Position numbers and translations under genes: made by a program
NCBI GenBank assembly: GCA_910579515.1
Contig: CAJTUV010000009.1
Location: 29,837 to 93,836, forward strand
Direction of reading: 5' to 3'
Source of the DNA: an uncultured Hungatella sp.
Lineage (GTDB): Bacteria > Bacillota > Clostridia > Lachnospirales > Lachnospiraceae
DNA: 64,000 nt
Shown here: piece after piece, positions 16,738 to 26,595 of the stretch
Layout of the letters: each line of letters begins with the position of its first letter
Position numbering within the stretch: the stretch's first letter is position 1
Notes under the pieces: generated by a model
The model's input: the letters and a program-made list of their open reading frames with translations, nothing else
What the model was told of the DNA's origin: nothing
Database searches by the model: none

Positions 16738-16874
16738 GCTTCGGAGTGACTGCAAAATTTTTGAGGACCGTTTTCCACGTCAGTATTTTGGCGGCGTTCT
16801 TTGCCGCCTTAATACTGCTACGTGGAAACCCGAGCGAAAGCGTGTCCGAAAAGGTTTTGCAGTCACTCCGAAGC
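16738..16874. repeat. 137-nt palindromic element with perfect 20-bp terminal inverted repeats
   Basis: GCTTCGGAGTGACTGCAAAA / TTTTGCAGTCACTCCGAAGC; inner stems TTCCACGT, CAGTATT and GGCGGC. Confidence 0.88.
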
Positions 16875-16990
16875 GGACCTCCTGGACAAACTTAAAGCGG
16901 GTCTTTTGCCATCCCCCGCAATCTTTTTGTTCTCTGACTTGAACTTTTTCCTTTTGGCCATTATAATACAGTGAGGAAGGGAGTTTCAAA

Positions 16991-18391
16991 ATGGCGAAAG
17001 GGAACAAGAAACTTATCAGATACCGAAGACCGCTGAATCTAAATATCGGCATGTTGATTTTTGCAGTCATATTTGTTTATATGGTGTTCAGCGTCTATAC
17101 TTATATCAGAAAAGAAAAGATTCAGCCATATGAAGTGACAGAAGGAGCCATTGTAAATAATAAAAGCTACACTGGCATTATTCTGCGCAAGGAAACCACA
17201 GAATATTTAGAGAGCACAGGATATATTAACTATTACATACGGGAAGGGAAGCGGGCTTCGGCTGGGACCAGTATCTATTCTATCGACGAATCAGGGACGC
17301 TGGCCTCCATTTTAAAGGAGAACGGGCTGGATCAGTCTTCTCTGGCAGATGAGGATTTGGTTGATGTGAAAAAGCAGTTGTCCAATTACAGTCTGTCTTA
17401 TTCAGATGAGCGGTTTGACGATGTGTATGATATCAAGTACTCTCTGGAGGCTATGGTTCTGGAATACGCCAATTTTTATGCGTTGGAGAACCAGGAGCAG
17501 CTGATAGAACAGTTAGGCGGCAATTTTAAACAGGTGCGGACCTCGGTCAGCGGAGTGATTTCCTATGCGGTGGATTCTTATGAGAATCTGGACGTCTCTC
17601 AGATTTCTGAGGAGGTATTTGACAGAAGTAATTATTCCAGAGGAATCACAAAGGCAGGACAGCTTATGGAACAGGGAACTCCGGTCTATAAAGTGGTGAC
17701 AGATGATGCCTGGTCTTTGGTGTTTCCGATGTCGGAAGAGGATGTGGCTGCTTTTGGAGCAGAGCCAAATTTAAAAGTGACTTTTGACAGACATGACCTG
17801 ACTACGACAGGACAGTTGTCTTTGATTGCCGGTGCAGACGGAAAAACTTATGGGAAGCTGGATTTTACAAAATACATGGTGCAGTTTGTTTCAGAGCGGT
17901 ATCTGGATTTTGAGGTGATTACCAGCGCAGCCGAAGGATTGAAAATACCAATCAGCTCTGTAGCCAACAAAAACTTTTACCTGGTTCCGGCCAGTTTTCG
18001 GACTACAGGAGGAGACAGCGTGGTGGAAGGGTTTTATAAAGAAGTGTACTCGGAAAAAGGCACATCCATTGTGTTTGTGCCTGCTACCATTTATTATTCT
18101 ACAGAGGAATATTGTTATATTGACATAGAGGAAGGAAAAGAGATTAATGCGGGGGATTATCTGGTAAAACCGGATTCTTCAGAACGGTATCAGGTAGGGC
18201 CTTCGGCGTCTCTTCAGGGAGTTTACAACATTAATAAAGGGTATTCTGTGTTTAAACAGATTGAGATTCTGGCCCAAAGTGATGAATTTTATACAGTGAA
18301 AAAGGGTACAAGTTATGGTTTGAATGTATATGACCATATTGTGCTGGATGCCTCCGCCGTTGAAAAGGAGGGTATGTTAATCTATCAATAA
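16991..18391 (+). CDS. Membrane-anchored HlyD-like adaptor-fold protein of the yggS-sepF locus
   Basis: N-terminal TM; GYINYY..EG.R, SGVISY.VD and GLKIP motifs; position upstream of yggS. Confidence 0.65.
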   Translation: MAKGNKKLIRYRRPLNLNIGMLIFAVIFVYMVFSVYTYIRKEKIQPYEVTEGAIVNNKSYTGIILRKETTEYLESTGYINYYIREGKRASAGTSIYSIDESGTLASILKENGLDQSSLADEDLVDVKKQLSNYSLSYSDERFDDVYDIKYSLEAMVLEYANFYALENQEQLIEQLGGNFKQVRTSVSGVISYAVDSYENLDVSQISEEVFDRSNYSRGITKAGQLMEQGTPVYKVVTDDAWSLVFPMSEEDVAAFGAEPNLKVTFDRHDLTTTGQLSLIAGADGKTYGKLDFTKYMVQFVSERYLDFEVITSAAEGLKIPISSVANKNFYLVPASFRTTGGDSVVEGFYKEVYSEKGTSIVFVPATIYYSTEEYCYIDIEEGKEINAGDYLVKPDSSERYQVGPSASLQGVYNINKGYSVFKQIEILAQSDEFYTVKKGTSYGLNVYDHIVLDASAVEKEGMLIYQ

Positions 18392-18403
18392 GGAGGGATA
18401 ACC

Positions 18404-19084
18404 ATGGTTGCAGAACAATTCCATGAGGTACAAAAACGGATTTTGACTGCGTGTGAGAGGGCAGGGAGAAAGAGAGAAGAAGTCACGCTGATTGCAGTCA
18501 GTAAGACCAAGCCTGTGGCGATGCTGAAAGAGGCTTACGAGGCTGGAGCGAGAGATTTTGGAGAGAATAAGGTACAGGAAATTGTGGAAAAATATTTGCA
18601 GCTTCCGGATTCTGTCCGTTGGCATATGATAGGACACCTTCAGACTAATAAAGTGCGTCAGGTGGTGGGAAAGGCAGCTCTCATTCATTCAGTGGACTCT
18701 TTCCATCTGGCTAAAGAGATTGACAAAGAGTCTGGAAAAAAGAATATAATCACGGATATTCTGCTTGAGGTGAATGTGGCAGGGGAGGAAAGTAAGTTTG
18801 GATTTTGCCTGGAAGAGACTGAAAACGCTTTAAAGGAGATTTGTCAATTTCAGAATATCAGGGTACGGGGACTGATGACAGTCGCTCCGTTTGTAGACTA
18901 TGCTGAAGAAAATCGGCAAATTTTTAGAAAATTACATGAATTTTATGTTGACATGAAAAGTAAAAACATTGATAATGGTACTATGGGTGTGCTTTCTATG
19001 GGAATGACGGGCGATTTTGAAGTGGCCATTGAAGAGGGGGCTACCATGGTAAGAGTAGGAACGGGCATTTTTGGCGCCCGATAA
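18404..19084 (+). CDS. yggS: PLP homeostasis protein (YggS family)
   Basis: LIAVSKT, FGENKVQE, WHMIGHLQTNK, LSMGM and VRVGTGIFG. Confidence 0.95.
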   Translation: MVAEQFHEVQKRILTACERAGRKREEVTLIAVSKTKPVAMLKEAYEAGARDFGENKVQEIVEKYLQLPDSVRWHMIGHLQTNKVRQVVGKAALIHSVDSFHLAKEIDKESGKKNIITDILLEVNVAGEESKFGFCLEETENALKEICQFQNIRVRGLMTVAPFVDYAEENRQIFRKLHEFYVDMKSKNIDNGTMGVLSMGMTGDFEVAIEEGATMVRVGTGIFGAR

Positions 19085-19101
19085 ATGATGGGAGAGTGGC
19101 G

Positions 19102-19635
19102 ATGAGTCTGTTTGGAAGATTTATGGATAGCATGCGGTTGAGTGACGACGATGATGACGATTACTTCTTAGATGACGATTACGAGGATGAAAGACCGCCC
19201 AGAAAAAGTCTTTTCGCAAAGAAAGAGGATGACTATTATGATGATTATGAGGAGGACGAGCCTCCAAAGTCCAGATTTTTAGGAAAATCATCTGCAAAAG
19301 TAGTTCCTATGAAACAGCAGCAGCGCTCCTCTTCTATGGAAGTGGCGATGATCAAGCCTACCTCCATTGAGGACTCGAAGGAGATCAGTGATTATCTGCT
19401 GGCCGGAAAGGCTGTGGTTTTGAATATGGAAGGACTTCATATGGAGGTGGCTCAGAGAATCATTGATTTCACCTCCGGAGCGACTTATTCAATCAACGGC
19501 AATCTACAGAAGATATCAAACTATATATTTATTGCTACGCCGGAGTCGGTAGGGCTTTCCGGTGATTTTCAGGATTTGCTAGGCGGAGGAGGAATGGATA
19601 TTTCTAATATGTCAGGGATGAATATGCGATTATAA
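19102..19635 (+). CDS. sepF: Cell division protein SepF
   Basis: Acidic N-terminus; VVLN and AQRIIDFTSGATY motifs. Confidence 0.92.
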   Translation: MSLFGRFMDSMRLSDDDDDDYFLDDDYEDERPPRKSLFAKKEDDYYDDYEEDEPPKSRFLGKSSAKVVPMKQQQRSSSMEVAMIKPTSIEDSKEISDYLLAGKAVVLNMEGLHMEVAQRIIDFTSGATYSINGNLQKISNYIFIATPESVGLSGDFQDLLGGGGMDISNMSGMNMRL

Positions 19636-19706
19636 GATGGACGAAAGGAAGCAGACGGTTTCTGAAAGCCGTCTGTTTTCCTGCTTAGAAAGAGGAAGAG
19701 ATTGAC

Positions 19707-20795
19707 ATGGAGAAACGGATTACGGTATACGGCTATGGAAGGCCGATTTATGATATTGTACTGTCCACTGCCTTTGAAGGGCTGAAAGAGGAGATAAAGA
19801 AGCTGGATGTACAGGACAGAAGAGTTTGTATTGTCACAGATTCGATTGTAGGTCCGCTGTATTTAGAAGAGGTGGAAACGATTTTTTCTGCCTGCTGTAA
19901 GCAGGTGATTTCATTCCAGTTTCATGAGGGAGAGAGTCATAAAAACTTAAAAACAGTAGAGAATTTGTATGAAACCCTGATTCTTCATCACTTTGACCGA
20001 AAGGACATGCTGGTAGCTTTAGGCGGCGGAGTGGTAGGGGACTTGTGCGGTTATGGAGCCGCCACATATTTGAGAGGGATTTCTTTTATTCAGATCCCTA
20101 CGACTCTGTTGTCTCAGGTGGACAGCAGTATCGGAGGGAAGACGGGAGTGGATTTTGCCTCCTACAAGAACATGGTAGGGGCGTTTCATATGCCAAAACT
20201 GGTTTATACTAATGTAAGCACTCTGCTTACCCTCCCTGATAAGCAGTTTAGTTCTGGGATGGGAGAAATTATTAAACATGGACTGATTAAAGACGTCGTT
20301 TACTATCAGTGGCTGAGAGACCATTCACAGCAAATCAGAAACAGGGATTTGGATATCTGCATGGAGATGATTTGGGGAAGCGATGAGATTAAGAGAAAAA
20401 CCGTGGAAGCAGACCCGTTGGAGCGTGGAGAGCGGGCTCTTTTAAATTTTGGTCATACCTTAGGCCATGCTATAGAAAAGTGGAAGGATTTTCAGATGCT
20501 TCATGGACATTGTGTGGCGGTGGGGGCGTTAGCAGCTGCCTGGATGTCGCATGACAGAGGAATGATATCCGAAGAAGAGGTGCTGGGCTTAAAGCAGATG
20601 ATGGAGGAGTTTCAAATGCCCACGGCGGTTTTGGGGCTTGATATGGAGCAGATCATAAAGGCAACAAAAAACGATAAAAAGATGGATGGCGGAACGATTC
20701 GGTTTATTTTATTGCAGGCTATGGGCCAGGCGGTGATTGACAGCCAGGTGACAGAGGAAGAGATGAGACGGGGACTTTTGAGGGTCCTGGAATAA
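19707..20795 (+). CDS. aroB: 3-dehydroquinate synthase
   Basis: GGGVVGD, PTTLLSQVDSSIGGKTG and LNFGHTLGHA. Confidence 0.96.
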   Translation: MEKRITVYGYGRPIYDIVLSTAFEGLKEEIKKLDVQDRRVCIVTDSIVGPLYLEEVETIFSACCKQVISFQFHEGESHKNLKTVENLYETLILHHFDRKDMLVALGGGVVGDLCGYGAATYLRGISFIQIPTTLLSQVDSSIGGKTGVDFASYKNMVGAFHMPKLVYTNVSTLLTLPDKQFSSGMGEIIKHGLIKDVVYYQWLRDHSQQIRNRDLDICMEMIWGSDEIKRKTVEADPLERGERALLNFGHTLGHAIEKWKDFQMLHGHCVAVGALAAAWMSHDRGMISEEEVLGLKQMMEEFQMPTAVLGLDMEQIIKATKNDKKMDGGTIRFILLQAMGQAVIDSQVTEEEMRRGLLRVLE

Positions 20796-20807
20796 GGAGC
20801 GGATAAG

Positions 20808-21320
20808 ATGGGGCAGAAACGAAACTCAATTTTGGGATTTCTGGCAGGTGCGGCGATCCTTACCGGCCTGGATCAGTGGACAAAAAAACTGGTGGCAACC
20901 AATCTCAAGGGAAGAGATCCCGTGATTTTATGGGAAGGCGTATTTGAATTTTTATATTCCGAAAATCGGGGAGCCGCCTTTGGAATGCTTCAGGGAAGGC
21001 AGTTTTTCTTCTTTTTTGTAGCTCTTTTGGTATTCGGGGCAGCGTTCTATGTGATGTGGAAACTTCCGCAAGAGAAAAAATATGTGCCTTTAAAGGTCTG
21101 TCTTACATTGATTTGCGCAGGTGCGGCCGGGAATTTTATTGACAGAGTGGCAATGGGGTATGTGGTAGACTTTTTGTATTTTAAGCTTATTGACTTCCCT
21201 ATCTTTAATGTGGCGGATTGCTATGTTACTGTTTCTACGATCGCCTTGGCTTTTTTGCTGTTCCGATACTATTCCGATGAAGATTTGGAAGTGCTGAAGC
21301 TGACAAGAAAGGAGTCTTAA
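20808..21320 (+). CDS. lspA: Lipoprotein signal peptidase
   Basis: DQWTK, NRGAAFG, GNFIDR, VVDF and FNVAD. Confidence 0.96.
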   Translation: MGQKRNSILGFLAGAAILTGLDQWTKKLVATNLKGRDPVILWEGVFEFLYSENRGAAFGMLQGRQFFFFFVALLVFGAAFYVMWKLPQEKKYVPLKVCLTLICAGAAGNFIDRVAMGYVVDFLYFKLIDFPIFNVADCYVTVSTIALAFLLFRYYSDEDLEVLKLTRKES

Positions 21321-22232
21321 GTGAGACAGTGTTTTCGGGTATTGGAAGATCAGGAAGGTATGCGGATAGATTCCTATGTGGCGGAGGTTTGTGAGAATTT
21401 ATCCCGTTCCTATGTGCAAAAGCTTTTAAAAGACGGTGAGATTCTTGTAAACGGCAAGACTGTGAAATCCAGCGTTAAGGTTTGTGTGAAAGATGAGATT
21501 GAAGTGGAGATCCCAGAAGCAGTAAAGCCGGAGATTGTGGCTGAGGATATGGAGCTTTCGATTCTCTATGAAGACCAGGATGTGATTTTAGTTAATAAGC
21601 CAAAGGGGATGGTGGTTCATCCTGCCCCAGGACATTTAAGCGGCACATTGGTAAACGGTCTGATGGCCCATTGTCAGGATCAGCTTTCCGGAATCAACGG
21701 AAGTCTGCGCCCGGGGATTGTTCACCGGATTGACAAAGACACCACAGGACTTTTGATTGTGTGCAAAAATGATGTTTCCCACAATGTCATAGCAGCCCAG
21801 CTGAAGGAGCACTCGATTACGAGAAAATATCTGGCGATTGTTCATGGCGTTATCAAGGAAGAACAGGGAACCATAGATGCTCCCATTGGGAGACATCCCA
21901 CAGAACGGAAGAAGATGAGTATCAACGAAAAAAACGGCAGACATGCAATAACCCATTATCGGGTTTTGGAGCGGTTTCAGAAGTATACGTATATTGAATG
22001 TCAGCTGGAGACAGGAAGGACCCATCAGATTCGGGTTCACATGGCAAGTATCCATCATCCGCTTTTGGGCGATATGGTATATGGACCGCAAAAATGTCCC
22101 TATTCTTTGGAGGGTCAGACATTACATGCAGCGGTATTTGGGTTTGTCCATCCAAGAACAGGAGAATATCTGGAATTGACGGCTCCTTTGCCAGAATATT
22201 TTCAAACGCTTTTACAAAAATTAAGGCAATAG
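21321..22232 (+). CDS. rluD: RluA/RluD-family pseudouridine synthase
   Basis: S4 domain; VNKPKGMVVHP, HRIDKDTTG and TGRTHQIRVH. Confidence 0.92.
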   Translation: MRQCFRVLEDQEGMRIDSYVAEVCENLSRSYVQKLLKDGEILVNGKTVKSSVKVCVKDEIEVEIPEAVKPEIVAEDMELSILYEDQDVILVNKPKGMVVHPAPGHLSGTLVNGLMAHCQDQLSGINGSLRPGIVHRIDKDTTGLLIVCKNDVSHNVIAAQLKEHSITRKYLAIVHGVIKEEQGTIDAPIGRHPTERKKMSINEKNGRHAITHYRVLERFQKYTYIECQLETGRTHQIRVHMASIHHPLLGDMVYGPQKCPYSLEGQTLHAAVFGFVHPRTGEYLELTAPLPEYFQTLLQKLRQ

Positions 22233-22245
22233 GCGGAGGCAGAAG

Positions 22246-22911
22246 ATGAATCTATTTGATATTCTGGGTCCTATCATGGTAGGACCTTCCAGCTCCCATA
22301 CTGCGGGAGCGGTAAGAATTGGATTGGTTACCAAAAAGCTGCTTGGTTCAATTCCCAAAAAGGCAGATATCATCTTATCTGGTTCTTTTGCCGCCACAGG
22401 CATAGGGCATGGCACGGATAAGGCTCTGGTAGCCGGGCTTTTGGGTATGGATACAGATAATATTCAGATTCCGCAAAGCTTTGAGATTGCGAAAAAAGAG
22501 CAGCTGGAGTTTACATTTTCCAGACAAAATATTCGGGATGCTCATCCCAATACGGCTCTTTTGGCGGTTGAGGATGGAAAGGGAAGGACCATAGAAGTCC
22601 AGGCCTCTTCTTTAGGCGGAGGCCGGATCATGATCAATAAGCTGGATGGCATTGAGATCAATGTGACAGGAGAACGTCCGGCCTTAATCGTTCACAACTT
22701 GGATCAGCCCGGTCATGTGGCGGAGGTGACATCTTTGATGGCCCACAAGTCCATTAATATTGCTACCATGAACGTGTACCGCGACAAACGGGGAGGCTAT
22801 GCGGTAATGGTGCTGGAGACAGACCAGAATATTCCAGCGTCTGCTCTTGAATGGTTAAAGCGGGTAGAGGGAATCATAAAAGTGACTTGTTTGAATCTGG
22901 GAGACGAATAG
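22246..22911 (+). CDS. sdaAB: L-serine dehydratase beta subunit
   Basis: GPSSSHTAGA and GHGTD motifs; C-terminal ACT domain. Confidence 0.94.
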   Translation: MNLFDILGPIMVGPSSSHTAGAVRIGLVTKKLLGSIPKKADIILSGSFAATGIGHGTDKALVAGLLGMDTDNIQIPQSFEIAKKEQLEFTFSRQNIRDAHPNTALLAVEDGKGRTIEVQASSLGGGRIMINKLDGIEINVTGERPALIVHNLDQPGHVAEVTSLMAHKSINIATMNVYRDKRGGYAVMVLETDQNIPASALEWLKRVEGIIKVTCLNLGDE

Positions 22912-22925
22912 GTACGGAGGAAATT

Positions 22926-23807
22926 ATGGCATACCATTCTTTGAAGGAAATATTAGATTACTGTGAAAAAAATGGAAAGCCATTTTTTGAAGCGGTTTTA
23001 GATGACGATATGGCGGAGCGGACCGTGACCAGAGAGGAATCTATGAATCAGATGTATCGGATGTGGGACGCTATGCTTTTAGCCTCGGCCACGTACGACG
23101 GGAGCCTCAAATCAGCAAGCCGTCTGGTAGGCGGACAGGGAGCCGCTATGGAGGAATATGGAAAAACGGGACAGACCTTATGCGGAGATTTTATAAACCA
23201 GGTCATGACCCAGGCGCTGCAGATGGGAGAATCCAATGCGTGTATGAAGCGGATTGTGGCGGCTCCTACAGCAGGCTCCTGTGGAGTACTTCCTGCGGTT
23301 CTCATTCCTTACTACAGGCTTTATCAGGAAGAGAGGGAAAAAATCCATACAGCTATGATTGAAAGTCTGTATGTGGCTGCTGGAATTGGTCAGGTCATTG
23401 CCTCCAGAGCCTTTATCGCTGGAGCGGCAGGAGGCTGTCAGGCAGAAATTGGCGCGGCGTCTTCCATGGCAGCCGGGGCATTGGTTGCCTTAAAAGGCGG
23501 CAGCAATCAGCAGATTTGTCATGCCAGCGCCATCGCCATGAAATGTCTCTTAGGACTTGTCTGCGACCCTGTGGCAGGGCTGGTGGAAGTTCCCTGTGTG
23601 AAACGGAATGTGACGGGCGCGGTGAATGCTCTGACAGCTGCAGATATGGCTTTGGCAGGAATCACCAGCGCGATTCCTGCGGATCAGGTGTTTGACGCCA
23701 TGCGGGAAGTGGGAGAAAAAATGCACGACGCATTAAAAGAAACAGGAGAAGGCGGTCTGGCAGCGACGCCGGAAGGAATTCGGATTACAAAGTCTATCAT
23801 TATGTAA
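22926..23807 (+). CDS. sdaAA: L-serine dehydratase alpha subunit (Fe-S)
   Basis: APTAGSCG, GGCQAEIG and CDPVAGLVEVPCVKRN. Confidence 0.94.
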   Translation: MAYHSLKEILDYCEKNGKPFFEAVLDDDMAERTVTREESMNQMYRMWDAMLLASATYDGSLKSASRLVGGQGAAMEEYGKTGQTLCGDFINQVMTQALQMGESNACMKRIVAAPTAGSCGVLPAVLIPYYRLYQEEREKIHTAMIESLYVAAGIGQVIASRAFIAGAAGGCQAEIGAASSMAAGALVALKGGSNQQICHASAIAMKCLLGLVCDPVAGLVEVPCVKRNVTGAVNALTAADMALAGITSAIPADQVFDAMREVGEKMHDALKETGEGGLAATPEGIRITKSIIM

Positions 23808-23896
23808 ATATTTCTATACATTTTTCCGGTTTTGTTGTATAATTTCTATAAAGCAACTGATGTGACAATATAGAGGGGTTCGAAAGGAGAGGTTGT

Positions 23897-24538
23897 ATGA
23901 ACGGGAATTTGGTGATTACCATAGGAAGACAGTGCGGCAGCAAGGGAATGCTGGTTGGACAGAAGCTGGCAGAAGCCATGGGGGTAAAGTGCTATGACAA
24001 GGAGCTTTTGACCGAGGCTGCCAAGCACAGTGGATTGAGCGAGGAATTGTTTGAGACCCATGATGAGAAACCGACCAACAGTTTTTTGTATTCTCTTGTG
24101 ATGGACACATATTCTATGGGATATAACTCATCTGCCTATATGGATATGCCCATTAATCATAAGATTTTCCTGGCCCAGTTTGATACAATTAAAAAACTGG
24201 CAAACGAGACTTCCTGTGTCATTGTAGGCCGTTGTGCAGATTATGCTCTGGCAGATTATCCCAACACGGTGACAGTATATATTACCGGCGACGAAGAGGA
24301 TAAGATTGCCTATATTCAAGAGCTGTACAACGTCAATGAGGCCAAAGCCAAGGACATCATGATTAAGACAGACAAAAAGAGAGCCAGCTATTATAATTAT
24401 TATGCCAGCAAGCGCTGGGGCGAAGCCAAAGGATACGATTTGTGTCTGAACTGCAGTTCCGTAGGTGTGGACGGAGCGGTGAAGATTATTCAGGAATTTG
24501 CCAAAGTGAAGATTGAGAAAAATAAAGAGAAGAAGTAG
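23897..24538 (+). CDS. Cytidylate kinase-like family protein
   Basis: ITIGRQCGS, VIVGRCAD and DKKRASYY. Confidence 0.85.
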   Translation: MNGNLVITIGRQCGSKGMLVGQKLAEAMGVKCYDKELLTEAAKHSGLSEELFETHDEKPTNSFLYSLVMDTYSMGYNSSAYMDMPINHKIFLAQFDTIKKLANETSCVIVGRCADYALADYPNTVTVYITGDEEDKIAYIQELYNVNEAKAKDIMIKTDKKRASYYNYYASKRWGEAKGYDLCLNCSSVGVDGAVKIIQEFAKVKIEKNKEKK

Positions 24539-24604
24539 TCTGCAAGATGAGAAAGAGGCAGGCGCAGAAATGTCCGTGAAGGAAACATGCTGCGCCTTTT
24601 TGTT

Positions 24605-26422
24605 TTATTCTACGGTTACAGATTTTGCAAGATTGCGGGGCTGATCCACATCCAGATTCTTTCCAAGAGAGGCATAATACGCAATCAGCTGGAGAATTAC
24701 TGCGATGGGGAAGACCGTAAAAACATCTTCCACATCAGGGATTCGAATATGGAAATCTGCCAGAGATTCGTCCATGACGGCGGATTGTTTTGTCAAAAGA
24801 ATGACAAAAGCGCCCCTGGCCTTTACTTCCCGCACATTGGAAATTACCTTGGAAAAGACGTGCTCCTGAGTGGCGATGGCGATGACAGGAGACTGATCCG
24901 TAATGAGGGCGATGGTTCCGTGCTTTAATTCTCCCGCAGCATAAGCTTCCGCATGAATATAGGAGATTTCTTTCAGCTTTAAAGCTCCTTCCAGGGAGAA
25001 GGCATAGTCTCTTCCGCGGCCGATGAAAAATGCATCGCTGTGCTGTATCAAGTGGGTGACGAGGGCTTTTTCTTCCTCTTTGCGGCCGATCATGGTTTCC
25101 ATTGCAGGAATGACGTCTAAAAGTTTTGATAAAAAGTCACATGCCTCTTGGCTGGAGTACCTGCCCCGTACATAGGCCATGCGGCAGCCGATGAGATAGA
25201 GGGCGGCCAGCTGAACGGAATAGGCCTTGGTGCTTGCCACGGCTATCTCCGGTCCGGCATGGGTGTACAAGGTATAATCGCTCTCTCTGGCAATGGTGGA
25301 GCCTTTGACGTTGACAATGGCCAGTGTTTTGGAGCCATAGGATTTTGCCAGTCTCATGGCTGCCAGAGTGTCAATGGTCTCGCCGGACTGAGAGATAACG
25401 ATTACCAGGGCGTCTCCATCGATTAAAGGCTCTTCATAACGAAATTCTGACGCAATAGAAACCGTCACGGGAATTCTCAAGAGCGGTTCCATCAAAGCTC
25501 TTGCCACCATGCCTGCATGCATGGCCGTGCCGCATGCAATGACATGAACTTTATTACAGGTCTCAAAGACAGAATCTGGAATCTGATCGTCTGTAAAGTC
25601 TGGAAGTCCCCTGCTCATACGAGGAAGAATGGTGTTTCTTAAGGCTTCCGGCTGTTCATAGATTTCCTTCAGCATAAAATGCGGGAAACCGTTCTTCATG
25701 GCAGAGTCTATGTTCCAGTTGACTTCCAGATATTCCGGCTGTGCGGGAACCTGATTTTTGTCATAGAGCGTGATCTGATAGGGCGTTAATTTTACGATCT
25801 GGCCTTCAGGAACCACAAAATACCGCCTGGTGTATGGAATCAGGGCTGTCAAATCGGAGGCGATTAAGGCGCCGGAACGAGTATAAGCAGCCACAAGGGG
25901 ACTGACAGATCTTACGGCGTAGAGCTCGCCTGGGTGGTCTTTAAACAAAATGCAAAAGCTGTAGGAGCCTTCCAGACAAGGAAGTAACCGACGGATTGCT
26001 TCCATAGGATTTCCTTCATAAAGGGAGTCAAGGACCCAGGCCGCCACCTCCGAGTCTGTCTGGGATTTTAATGTCCCCTCCAAGTGGTAGCTGTCTGTTA
26101 AAGCCCGATAGTTTTCAATGATTCCGTTGTGAATCAGGGTGACCTTTCCGGCCTGGTGAGGGTGGGCGTTCTGGTCTGTGACGTCGCCGTGAGTGGCCCA
26201 TCTGGTGTGTCCGATCCCACAGTGGGCATTGTCTTTAAACTGGGAACAATACTCTTTTAAATTAGCCACTTTCCCTGTTTTTTTCACCAACCGGATATTG
26301 GAGTCGGTGTCAAAATATGCGATGCCAGCGCTGTCATATCCTCGGTATTCTAATTGAGAAAGTCCCTCCAGCAAAATTTTTTTTGCATTTAAGGGACCGC
26401 TATATCCGATAATTCCACACAT
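24605..26422 (-). CDS. glmS: Glutamine--fructose-6-phosphate aminotransferase
   Basis: MCGIIGY, EYRGYDSAG, GHTRWATHG, SQSGET and PRNLAKSVTVE. Confidence 0.98.
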   Translation of the reverse strand: MCGIIGYSGPLNAKKILLEGLSQLEYRGYDSAGIAYFDTDSNIRLVKKTGKVANLKEYCSQFKDNAHCGIGHTRWATHGDVTDQNAHPHQAGKVTLIHNGIIENYRALTDSYHLEGTLKSQTDSEVAAWVLDSLYEGNPMEAIRRLLPCLEGSYSFCILFKDHPGELYAVRSVSPLVAAYTRSGALIASDLTALIPYTRRYFVVPEGQIVKLTPYQITLYDKNQVPAQPEYLEVNWNIDSAMKNGFPHFMLKEIYEQPEALRNTILPRMSRGLPDFTDDQIPDSVFETCNKVHVIACGTAMHAGMVARALMEPLLRIPVTVSIASEFRYEEPLIDGDALVIVISQSGETIDTLAAMRLAKSYGSKTLAIVNVKGSTIARESDYTLYTHAGPEIAVASTKAYSVQLAALYLIGCRMAYVRGRYSSQEACDFLSKLLDVIPAMETMIGRKEEEKALVTHLIQHSDAFFIGRGRDYAFSLEGALKLKEISYIHAEAYAAGELKHGTIALITDQSPVIAIATQEHVFSKVISNVREVKARGAFVILLTKQSAVMDESLADFHIRIPDVEDVFTVFPIAVILQLIAYYASLGKNLDVDQPRNLAKSVTVE

Positions 26423-26595
26423 AATCTTCATCTCCATTCTTTTCCCGTTTATTATAGCGCTGTAATAAGATATGCGTCAATTTATATTTTTAATGAATTG
26501 TTAATGATTTATGCCTGTTTTTTGAGAAAAGGATGTGCTATATTGTATGGCGGACTGATTTATAGAATTAAAAAAAATTATTAGAGGAATTGAAT

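Noticed and set aside
16373..17070. Short track ORFs overlapping the palindromic elements
   Set aside because: They have no recognisable motifs and appear on both strands, as expected for palindromic non-coding DNA
26423..26590. glmS ribozyme upstream of glmS
   Set aside because: A TTGACG-N18-TATAAT promoter lies only about 30 bp upstream of the start codon, which leaves no room, and no ribozyme core sequence is visible
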